Shown: piece by piece, positions 26,574 to 37,600 of the stretch | Position numbering within the stretch: position 1 is the first letter of the stretch | Layout: the number at the start of each line of letters is the position of its first letter | Source of the DNA: a virus | Taxonomy: Duplodnaviria > Caudoviricetes | Reading direction: 5' to 3' (one strand) | DNA: 39,395 nucleotides | Virus record (IMG/VR): IMGVR_UViG_3300040985_000999 | Location: 1-39,395 of that record | Position numbers and translations under genes: made by a program | Notes under the pieces: generated by a model | Seen by the model: only the letters and a program-made list of their open reading frames with translations | What the model was told of the DNA's origin: nothing | Database searches by the model: none

Positions 26574-28643
26574 ATGGCTACTGGACGAAATGGTATAACG
26601 GTTCCGGGTCGCTTGGGCGACGTCGCCCTGCGTACCGATCCCAAGACCCCACTCCAGAATTTCGACGTCCCCCTGCTTGATGGCGGTGTCGAGGGCCTGA
26701 AGCAATTCGCCGGTGCTGCCGACGAGGCGCTGGGTTTATTGCAGGGCATCAAGAAGGACGAAGACGACGCGAACGCCTTGGACCTTGAGCGCAAGATGAT
26801 CACGTTCGCCCAAGACGAGCGGGCGGCTTACAAGACCCCGCTAGCGTCGGGTCCTGTGGACGAGGACGGTAAATCTACTTTTGGGTCCGACCGCAGCGCA
26901 CTAGGCAAAGCCGCCAACAAGGAGTGGTTCACCGACCAGATGGGCCGGATTAAAACCCATATGGATGGCCTTCGGTCCAGCTCGGAGTATCAGGGTCTAG
27001 GACAGGCGGCCCAGAACGCCGTCGATCAGAGTATTCAAGGCAAGGAGCTGAAGTTCCGCAACGAGGCGCTCATGCACTGGCGTGAGCAGGCCCGATTGAA
27101 CAAGACGGCCAACATCGAGGCCAGCGCCACGGTGGCGGGCAATGAGGCCGTGGCTAATGCACCGTCCCCGGAGCTGGCGCATGATAGCCTCACGCGCCTC
27201 TTCAGCCACATGAACGCCGGGTTCAATCACGCCAACGGCACGACCTTGAAAGAACCGGCCAATAAACTGGTCGCGCAGCGGGCGCTGGATCAGGTCGCCA
27301 ATACCAGCATCGAGAACCTCCTCCAGACCGACCAGCCCGGTCGCGTCGCGCAGGCCGAGGCGTGGTTGCTGGAGAACAACAAGGTCACCCATAATTTTCT
27401 GGATGGGACGTCGGTCGATATCCGCCTGACGCCGAACGTCGTGAAGGACTTGCAAAACAAAATCCGAAAGACCGGCGAGGGCGAGCTGGCCCGCAAGGTG
27501 GGCAACGACCTCTTCAAGCTCCATCAAGACGACAGCATCGCCGCCCGTGCAGAGATCGAGAAGAACGCAGCCGGGTACTCGACCGAGGTCATCGAGAACG
27601 CCTTCGCGCAGTATGAGAGCCGCCGGTCCAACACCACGAATGCGAACGACCGCTTGGATCAGGACCAATACGACGCGGCCTCTCGATACGTCCAAAAGAA
27701 CTTCAAGCTCCCTGATGCCAGTGCGATGGACCGGTTGACGGGTGGGGAGGTATCAACTTTGAAGGCGCTCCTGAAGGAGGCGGAGCAGGATAAAATGCTC
27801 GGGGAGGACCATCCCAGCAACTACGGCGTCGTCATAAGATTGGCCGGGCTGACCGAGACAGAGTTGCGGGGCTACAGCCAAGCCGAGTTCATAAAAGATA
27901 TCGCGATGCACCTGAACAAAAAGGACGGCACGCGAGAGAGGGCCATGGACGAATGGACCTCCGCGCAGAACAGTGGGTCGCAAGCCGTCGCCCTGCGGGC
28001 CGGTAAAGACACGCGAGCGCGGATCAAGGCGCAGGCTCTGCTCGTGCGGAACGCCTACACGGACGGCACCAAATACTTCACCGCGCAGGCCAAGCGGTCG
28101 GCCGCGATCCGGTTCAAGGGCAGCGGGGCCACGGTCTCGGCAAAGCGGGCGAACTTCGTCTTACAGGCGGAGCGGGAGTGGACGCAGTCCCATAGCCGCG
28201 ACCAGCCACTGAGCAATGATCAGGCCAACAAGATGCTGGCCCGACTGAACTCGCAGGTCTACTTCGACGGCGAGAATGTGAGCCTGTTCGAGCTGCTACC
28301 TCAGATCACCGACGAGGACGGCGATCCCATCTTGGGACCAGACGCCATCAACAAGGCGTTCGACTTCGTTGCGCCGGAGATGCGCTTCGAGCTGATCGAG
28401 GCTTATCGAAAAGAGCGGTCAAAGACGAAGGGTAACGTCGAGGCGGAGATGGCCCAGCCGATCCCTGCGTCGGCGCTCCGGGGCTACTACAAGAAGCTGG
28501 TGCTCGACAACCCGTATTCGTCGATCAAGCCAGCTGCTCGGAAGTTCATCATCGATAAACTGACGAGAGGGACCAATAAACCTTCGACGGCCCAAGTCGA
28601 GCATTACTATGTGAATAACCTACTGATGCAGGCGGTGCGCTGA
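26574..28643 (+). CDS. Medium internal virion (ejection) protein
   Basis: 689 aa, alanine-rich helical; lies between the small and giant ejection proteins. Confidence 0.65.
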   Translation: MATGRNGITVPGRLGDVALRTDPKTPLQNFDVPLLDGGVEGLKQFAGAADEALGLLQGIKKDEDDANALDLERKMITFAQDERAAYKTPLASGPVDEDGKSTFGSDRSALGKAANKEWFTDQMGRIKTHMDGLRSSSEYQGLGQAAQNAVDQSIQGKELKFRNEALMHWREQARLNKTANIEASATVAGNEAVANAPSPELAHDSLTRLFSHMNAGFNHANGTTLKEPANKLVAQRALDQVANTSIENLLQTDQPGRVAQAEAWLLENNKVTHNFLDGTSVDIRLTPNVVKDLQNKIRKTGEGELARKVGNDLFKLHQDDSIAARAEIEKNAAGYSTEVIENAFAQYESRRSNTTNANDRLDQDQYDAASRYVQKNFKLPDASAMDRLTGGEVSTLKALLKEAEQDKMLGEDHPSNYGVVIRLAGLTETELRGYSQAEFIKDIAMHLNKKDGTRERAMDEWTSAQNSGSQAVALRAGKDTRARIKAQALLVRNAYTDGTKYFTAQAKRSAAIRFKGSGATVSAKRANFVLQAEREWTQSHSRDQPLSNDQANKMLARLNSQVYFDGENVSLFELLPQITDEDGDPILGPDAINKAFDFVAPEMRFELIEAYRKERSKTKGNVEAEMAQPIPASALRGYYKKLVLDNPYSSIKPAARKFIIDKLTRGTNKPSTAQVEHYYVNNLLMQAVR

Positions 28644-31600
28644 TGGCAGAGTTCAACCCGCTTATAAGCACGCCGCTGCCGGTCGGTATAGACCCGGAGG
28701 AGCATGAGACGGCACCGTTGCCGGACGCGCTCACGCCACAGCCTACAGCCAAGACGCGGAAGGCGACCGAGGTCGTCGATCTTCAGAAGCGCCGGGACGA
28801 GACCGTCCACTCTGCGGTGGCGGCGGATATGGCGGGCGCGACCGAGGTGAACCCGGACCAGTTCGCCAGCCTGCGTAAGATGGCGACCGAGGTGAACCTC
28901 GACACCCGCATCCTTCTGGGCGACGTGGAGCCGGAAAACATCCGGTCCCAGCATGTGGTCAAACAGACGCAGGAGATGCTGAAAGAGAACCCGCGTATCG
29001 AGAACTTCCTGCGCGACCCGGAAAACACCCGGCTGGTGCATGATGACCTCCGCGCCTTGCGGTATGTCTACCAGTCGATCCGCGAGCTGCAAGAAAGCGA
29101 GCAGCACGAGGGCGTTCTCGACGCGGCCAAGGGGACGTTCGATGCGACCATCGGAGGTTTTGGGAGGTCCGTCGAAGGGACCAACCTCGCGATCTTGGAG
29201 CAGCAACCACGGGGCCTCCTGTTCGCGGAGGCGGTCAATGAGTTGACCGAGGACGAGCGGATCGCGTTTGGCAAACTGCCCGCCGAGGAGCAGATCGGCT
29301 TCCTGCTTAACACCAACGAGAAGTTCAAGGCGGGGCACGAAAAGACCCAGACCGCGATCAAAACCAGCCAAGAAGACCTGACCGCCATCGAGCGTGAGCT
29401 GAACCAAATCCGGGCGCGGGTTGGGACCAGCACGACAGCCTTCTACGCGAACGCCATCGGTGAAGCGGTCGGCGGCATGATCCCGGCCATCGCCGTTGGT
29501 CTGGTCACGCGCAACCCCATGCTGGCGCAGACCATCATGTTCGGGCAGGCCTTCGGTAACCGGTACGCGCAGGCGACCTTGCGCGACGGCTTCGACAGCA
29601 ATCCGAATGCACGGGCCAACGAGGCGCTGACGTTCGCCGCTCTGGAGTTCTTCTCGGAGAAGGTGCCGTTGGGCATCCTCTTGAGCGAGAACGGGCGCGG
29701 CATGAAGGGCATCTTCAAATCGATGGGTGCCGAGGCGGTGCAGGAAACCTTCATCGAGTACATGGATATCGGCTTCGAGCTGGGCTACCTCGACAAAGAG
29801 ATGACGGTGGGCGACGCCCTCGAACGGCTGCGCGACGCTGCGATCATAGGTGCCGGTGCGGGCGGGACGCTGCGCGGCGGCATCCAAGGTATGCGCCGAC
29901 TGGCCGAGATCGGCGGGATGCGACGAGAAGAAGACGACGCCGAGGACCACGCCGCGAAACTGACCGCCGCCCAGCAAGCCGTCAAAGAGGCGAAGCTGTC
30001 GGCCCGGTCAGAAGTGAAGATGCGCGAGTTCATCGAAGAGGCGGGCGAGGGCACCACGGTGTCGATCTCCGCCGAGGACGTGGTCGAGCTGCAACAGTCC
30101 GGTGTTCTGACCGACGCCGACATGGCCGACCTCGAACTCACCGAGGCGCTGGCCGAGGCTCTGGTCCTGAACGGTGATATCGAAATCTCGACCGCCAAGA
30201 TGCTCACCCTGCAAGAGGCGACGCAGACCGAGCTGATCCGGCGGGTCCGGCAGGACAGTAGCAAAATGTCGGTCAAGGAGGCCGAGGATCAGCTCGCGGA
30301 GCGCGATGAGCTGATTAAGCGTCTAGTCGAAGAGGCGCAGACGCGCTTACAGGACGATCCCGACCACACCCCTATCTCTGATGCGGTGGCTGAACAGCTC
30401 CGCTCTATCGGCATCTTCAGCGAGGAGGAGGTCCAGCAAACGGCCCAGCTCGCGGAGGAGAGCTATGGCCCGCGTGCAGCGAACCTCGAAGGCGTCAGTG
30501 CTTTCGAGCTGTTCCTCGAAGAAAACGTCCAGCTCCGGGGACCGGCGGATACCCAGCGCAACGCCGCGACGGTCGCGCTGAACCAGACCTCCTTAGCGTT
30601 GGGCGTGAACCCTGAAGACCTGCGGCAGCAACTCGCACGATCCGGGGGTGAGATCAGGAAGACCGAGGCGTTCTTGAACTGGTTCGGAGACGGTGTTCTT
30701 GTGGACGCGGACGGCCTCGCCGTGCCTTGGGTCCACGGCACCGCCAGTGACATCCGCGCCTTCGAGGCGTTTGCCACCAGCAACGTAACCGCCTTTTTCT
30801 CACGCGACCCGATCTTCGCTGAGGGGTTCGCTGACGAGTGGGCTGAAGCGAAATCGAGAGACAACGCGGGAGACGATGCAGTGCTTCGGCGCCCGTTTCA
30901 GTTCGATGATGGCGTCCGGGCCAACCTTGTGCCCGTCTTCCTCAATGTGAAGAACCCCTTCGACCCTGAAAACGAAGCACACGTCCAGACCCTGATCGAC
31001 TATATCGCTGGCGAGCAGGGATTAGAGCCGTTAGGGGAGGCCTCCCTCCATCACCTCCGCTCCGGGGACTTTGTCCAACTGGCCGCTGTCAGCTATGAGA
31101 TCGAGGCGGCGGGTTTTGACAGCTACTTCGAGCAGGAAAACGGACAACGTAATATTGCGGTGTTCGAGCCGACCGCGATCAAGTCGCCGTTCAATCAAGG
31201 AACCTTCGATCCCAACGTCGCGGACATCCTGAAGCAGTCCGCGCAGTCGCTCACGGACACCGAGAACTTCAGGGTGTGGTTTGGAGACAGTGTCGTCGTA
31301 GACGAGGATGGGCAGCCGCTGGTTGTTTACCACGGCAGCCCGGAGGTCTTCGACACCTTCGACCCGGACGCTGTTCCTGATCGAGGGGGCCTCGTTGCTT
31401 TCGTGACCTCCGACCGCACTTTTGCGGAGGGGTATGCCAGCGACGGTCGGGGGAACGTCTTGGAGCTGTACGCTTCCATCCAGAACCCATTCGACTTCCG
31501 CACTGATTGGGCCATGGCCCAGAGCTTCTGGGAAGAGACCGGAGGTATATTCGATCAGTTCGAGATCGACCGGATCGCGCAGGGTCTGGGCACCTTTGTC

Positions 31601-34600
31601 GAGGGGCAGCCTGCTACACTCACGGAGGAGGAGTTCGTCGGCGCGGTCAAGGAAGGATCGTGGGACGCACTGGAGGCCCCGGAGTTTGCCCAGTGGCTCA
31701 ATGAGGGCGGGCACGACGGCGTTGTCCTGATGGAGAACGAGGCGATCAATTATGGCGTTTTTGAGGCGGAGCAACTCAAGTCGGTGAACAACCAAGGTGA
31801 GTTCTCCGACGCTGCGGGCACCAGCATATTCGAGCAATCCGACGTCCTCGTAGGTACACAGGCAGACCGTGTCGATGCCGCCATCGCAGCTAAACCAAAA
31901 GGTATGGCTGACGGCACGAAGCATGGCGTCCTACCCCACCTCCGGTCACTGGCCGAGGAGGACCCCTCCACCAGCAAAGCGTCGTTGATGCTGAAGACAA
32001 CCAACGCCAACGCGCAGCGGCAGCTCGACGCCATCGACAGCATCTTGGAGAACCACCCAGACGCGCATACCAGCCCAGAAGCATGGGCGGCGATGATGGC
32101 CGAGGCGTATGGATCAAGGGACGTTCCCATGTCCCCCTATCGGTTCATCAACGACATCACTGGCCAAGGGGCTATCGACGGGCTGTCCCGTCTATCGCCG
32201 GGTCAGATCGAGGATGCGGACCATGGCTTCGAGAACGCTGCCGAGTTCAGGGAGGCATACACGTCAGGCGCGTTGGGTGTCGATACGACAGGCAAGTTGT
32301 TCCTGTGGTCCTTCTTATCAAGGGGCGTCAGCCCTTACACGCAGGAGAGCCTGTTCATAGACGCCTTCGATGGCATCGATCCATGGCTCCAAGCCGCCGC
32401 TGACGGCAACTTCGATGTCGATGCGTATGCAGAATGGGCAAAGTCCGCTGCGCCTAAAGGAAGCGGGCAACCGGGTGCGGGCGCGACCCATAACTTAAAC
32501 GCCTTCGGTAAAGACTTTCTGGTCAAAATGGCGCAGGACAGTGGGGATGGTCGCTCACGTCTACAGCTCCTGCACGACCTGATGGCAGACCCCAAGGCTA
32601 CAGGCAAACAAGTCCGTCGAGCGTTCGCCACCTTCGGTGAGGGTGTCGGCATCGATAACAAGGTGGTGTCCTTCACTTTGTTGGTGGCGGGTTTCAGTGA
32701 TGTCATGGTCCTCGACCGGGTGCAGTTCCGGCAACTGTATGACGATGGCCGGTTCGCTGGGATCAACCTGTACGACGGTATGAAGAAGGAAGGTAAACCC
32801 GTGACCGGCACCTCCTTCGCCAAGCAGGGCGACGGCGTGCGGGGCATCTTCATCTATGAAGCGATGGAGCGGGCCATTGAAGCGCGGATCGACGAGATAT
32901 ACACCGCGCTGGGTCGAGAAGGGGAAGGGTCGGTCGGTCGATACCATTGGGAGACATGGGTCGCGGACAGCGAGCAGGAGGCCAGCCATGGTAGCCTTGG
33001 GGCCATCCTCCCCGACGCGCTTGGTAACGAGAATGCGATCAATGAGGTCACGGCGAAACAGGGGGAATATGGGTCATACGCTTACGGCGCACGGTATGGT
33101 GTCGACGGTTCCGGCAATGGCTTCTTCCTTTATAACTCGGTATCTGCTAAAACTTACATATTCACGGTCGAGCAGTTTGTAGACTTCCAGACCGAGGTGA
33201 AGAAGCCCGCCAATGGCGTTGTTCCCACAGGCTTCAAAGTAACGGAGAGCGGTAATGCCCCATGGCATCAAAGAGACGACGTCAGCGGAGACGCCCTTGA
33301 AGCCCTCGCTGCAAAAATCGCGGAAGGCCCAGCGGGCACGCAGCAAGGAACTGTTCGCAAAGATGGGAAGAACGAAACGCTTCCCGACCGACCTGCAACC
33401 GATCAGCCCGGCAGCCCTCTCGAACAAGACCCCAACGCCCGCCGCCAAGGCGTAGGCGGATCGTTCCGGCAGGAGCAGGACGCCTACGGCAACATCGCCA
33501 ATGTAATCTCGTTCACGAAGGACGCTGACCGCACGACCTTCCTCCACGAGCTGGGTCACTTCTGGCTCTTCCAGATGCACAAGGACATGGCCGATCCGCG
33601 CCTCACCGAGGCCGGGCGTGTTCGCCTTGAGCAGATGATGGGTTCCACCAAGTCGTGGTTCAAGAAGAACTCGAAGGACGCGTGGCGCGACATCCAGAAG
33701 ATTGCCGACGCTGCCGAGGCCGAGGCGGTGAAGAAACCTGACAACGGGAGCTTCCGCCTGAAGGCCGACCGCCTGAAGGCAGCCGTCGCCCACGCCAAGA
33801 AGAACGGCGGGGCCAAATACATGGAGACCGTCGCGGACGGCTTCATGGACGGCAGCGTCGAGCAGGGCACCGACCTCGAAGTCGGCTTCCACGAGCTGTG
33901 GGCGCGCGGCGTCGAGAGCTGGCTGGGCGAGGGCCGCGCACCGAGCAGCGGAATGCGCCGGGCCTTCACGTCGTTCTCGACGTGGGTCATCGGAACCTAC
34001 AAGCGGCTGCGGAACCTGAACGTCGAGCTGGACGCCGAGATCAGGGACGTCTTCGACCGGCTGGTCGCGACCGACGAGGAGATCGCCTACGAGCGGGACC
34101 GGGCGCTGTACACGATCCCGCAAGAGATCAGGGACGCAGCGACGCCAGCGGAGCTGGCCCAGATCGAGGCCGCCGAGATCGAGGCCATCCACGAGGCCCG
34201 CGCCCAGATGCAGGGCAAGGTGGCGGCGGAGCTGAAGAGGGAGCGCACGGTCGAGTACAAGACCAGCAAGGAACGCCTCACCTCGACGACGCTGGAGGAC
34301 ATCCAGTCCCGGCCCCTATACAAGGCCCTGAACATTTTGAGGACCGGCGGCGACGTCAATACCGAGGCTGTCTTCCTCGACAGGGCCGAATTTATCGCCC
34401 TGTACGGGCAGGAGAAGGCCAAGGCCATGCCTCCTCGTGTTTTCGGGGGCAAGGATAGCGACAGGATCAACTTGCCTCTCCTCGCGCAACTGAGCGGGTT
34501 TGAGGGGCAAGATCAGATGGTGGAGGCGCTCACAACGCCGCACCCCAGCGAGGCAGCTCTGCTTGAGGCCGAGGTGAACGCCGCCCTGCGCGAGCAGTTC

Positions 34601-37600
34601 GGATCGCTACTGGACCCCGACAAACTGGCCGACGAGGCCCAAGAGGTCGTCCAGAACGACAAAATGGTCGAATTAATGGCCATTCAGGCCCGTCTGGTCC
34701 GGCGATTGGCCAAGGAACCCCTCCAAAACGCCGCTCAACGCCGCGCATTGGACGAGGGAGCGCCCTTAGACGCCAAGGTGGACCGAGAGGCCGTCGAGGA
34801 CGAGCAGGCCGTTGCTGGGCTGGCTGAGAGCCAAGAGGATGCGATCCCCGGCGAATTGCGGGTCGCGCAGACCCAAGCACAGAAGGAAGCGAACAAGACC
34901 CAGCGGGTCGCCCAGCGGGCCGCCGTTCGCCGACTCAAGGACCTGACCCGGTCTTTGGACCTCAAAGGCATCAAGGCGGCGGCCAAGGAGATCGTCGCCC
35001 GGATGAAGGTCGGCAAGATCACGCCGCAGAAGTTCCGGCAGACGGCGGATCGTCTGGCCAAGAAAGCCCACCTCGCCATCGCGGGCCGGGACTACGCCGC
35101 CGCTGCCGATCTTCTGGAGCAGCGCACCCTGAATTTGGAGATCGCTCGCGAGGCGCAGGAGAAGCGGACGAAGATCGACCGCCGGGTCAAAGCCGTCCGC
35201 AAGATACTGGGCCGCATCGACACGGAGCTGAAGGGCTACAACATCGATGTCCTGACCGCCGTTCGTCTGATGCTGGAACCCTATGGTCTGGCCAGCGAGA
35301 ACCCCAGCAACCTGCCTGCCAAGGACGTGATCGCGCTGCTCGCGGAGGTCGAGCCGGAGATGGCCACTGGCATGGAGAAGGTGATCCGCGATGTCGCCGT
35401 CGCAGCCGCGCCGTATATCGAGGCGACCGGCAACGACCGGCCCTATCGCGAGATGCCCCTCGAACTGTTCGAGACCCTGATGGACACGGCCCAGAGCTAC
35501 ATCGCTCTGGCCCGCGACATGAAGACCGTCCTGATCGACGGTCGCCGGGTGCAGTTCGACACCGTGGCCGACGAGCTGGCCCAGTCCACCGCCGATCTGG
35601 ATCGGTCTCACCTCCCCGCTCTGGGCAAAGGCACCGAGCGGGAGCGCAACGCCATTGGCTGGCGTGGCACTATCCGCACCTATGGCCGACGCGTCGAGGC
35701 GTGGGCGCGAAGTATCGACGGTGGCGACGACGGCCCGATCCAGAAGTACTTCACCCGACCGGTGATGAAAGCCGTCGATGCCTACTACGCGGCGAAGCTG
35801 CCCCTGATGAACAGGGTCTTGGAGATCATCGAACCCCAGAACGACGAGCTGGCCGCACCGACGGCGATCAAGGCCGACGAACTGGGCGGGTACACCTTCC
35901 GCACCAAGGGCGAGCTGCTTCACTGGATGTTGCACACAGGCAACGAGAGCAACATACGGAAGCTCCTGATCGGGGGTGCTGTCGATGTCGGGAACAATGT
36001 GGTCTACCAGTGGACCGAGATGAACGACCCACGCGACGAGGTGAATACCGACAAGGCGGATGCGTTCATCCGGCGGATGTTCTCGACCGGTGTCCTGACG
36101 GCGCAGGACGTGCAAACGCTGAACTCGATTTGGGCCTTGTTCGAGGAAACCAAGGGTGGGGCGCAGCAAGCACACCACCAGATGCACGGCCACTACTTCG
36201 ACACGGTCGGGGCCACCCCTCGGCAGACGCCGTTCGGTGAGCTGACCGGCGGTTATGTCCCGGCGCTGACTGACCCTCTGATGAACCCGGACGGCCTGCG
36301 GCAGGAGCAAGCCGATCAACTAGGCAACGCCCAGCACGCCGCGATGTTCCCCGGAGCCGAGGATGGCTTCACCAAAGGCCGGGTGGACTACAACCAGCCG
36401 CTGGCGCTAGACCTCCGTATGCTCCCCCTGCATCTGGACAAGGTGTTGAAGTTTACGCATCTAGGCCCGCCGATCCGCTCGGCGGCCCAGCTACTGGTCA
36501 ACCGGCGGTTCGCCGCCACCCTCAACCGCGTGGACCGATATGCCATCAACGGCATACTGGAGCCGTGGCTCCGGCGCACGGCCCGACAGTCGCTATCGGA
36601 GCCGGGCAACCGGCATCTGGATAGCTTCTTCAGGGCGCTGTCCCAGCGGATCGGCGTGCAGACCATGGCGGGCAACATCGTGAACACCGCCCAGCAATTC
36701 ACTGGCGTTATCACTGCCTTCAGTCGGCTGCCCATGGGGGTGGTTTTGAAGAACTTCGGACGGTTCCAGAAGGACGGTCAAGGGACTTTGAAGTACATTG
36801 AGGGCCGGTCAAATTACATGACCAACCGCTTTCGTAATTCGGTCAACGACGTGGCCGAAAACATCAACGCCGTTCTCACCGACGCGACCCCTCTGGGTAA
36901 GCTGCAATATTACGCGAACAAATTTGGCTACATCACGCAGCAACTCGCGCAGAACGCCATCGACCCTGCGGTCTGGTTAGGTGCGGAGGAACACGCTCAC
37001 AACAACGGCCTGTGGCAGCAAGTTTATGACGCACACCTCCCCTTGGGGCGGGACATCGCCTATGAGAAGGCGCAGGCGGCTTCGGCTCTGTATGCCGACG
37101 AAATCGTCCGGGCGACCCAGACACCGCTGGGGCCGCAGGACGTCAGTCGAGGCGAGGCGTCCGGGGCGTTCACCCGGCTGTTCTTCAAGTTCGCGGGCTA
37201 CTTCAACAATATGGCCAACCTGTCTCTGACCGAGGCGCAAGTGATCATGCGGGACATCGGCTTCAAGGGTAACAAACCCGGTCGTCTGCTATGGCTGTAC
37301 CTGTCGGTGATCGCGGTCCCGTCCATCGTGGCGGAGGGGATCTCCATGGCCGCCTCCGGCGACTTCGACGACATGGATGAGAACGAGGCGGAGGAGAACA
37401 TACGGATATGGCTGAACCTCTTCGCCGTATCTCAAGTCAAAATGGTGAGCAACTTCGTCCCCGGTGTCGGCGGGGCTGTGTCGTGGGCTGTCGGACAGAC
37501 GACCGAGCAATTCTACGACGACCGTTTGAGCCTCTCCCCGGTACTGTCCATTGGCGAGGCCTCCCTATCAGCGGGGGCCGGTGTGGCCGAGGATGCTTAT

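Noticed and set aside
4641-36319. Long opposite-strand ORFs (e.g. 4641-5900, 7280-8149, 16248-17324, 22810-24222, 28607-29977, 33074-34192, 34766-36319)
   Set aside because: Shadow frames of well-supported genes, expected from high GC3 codon bias; no motifs or SD sites
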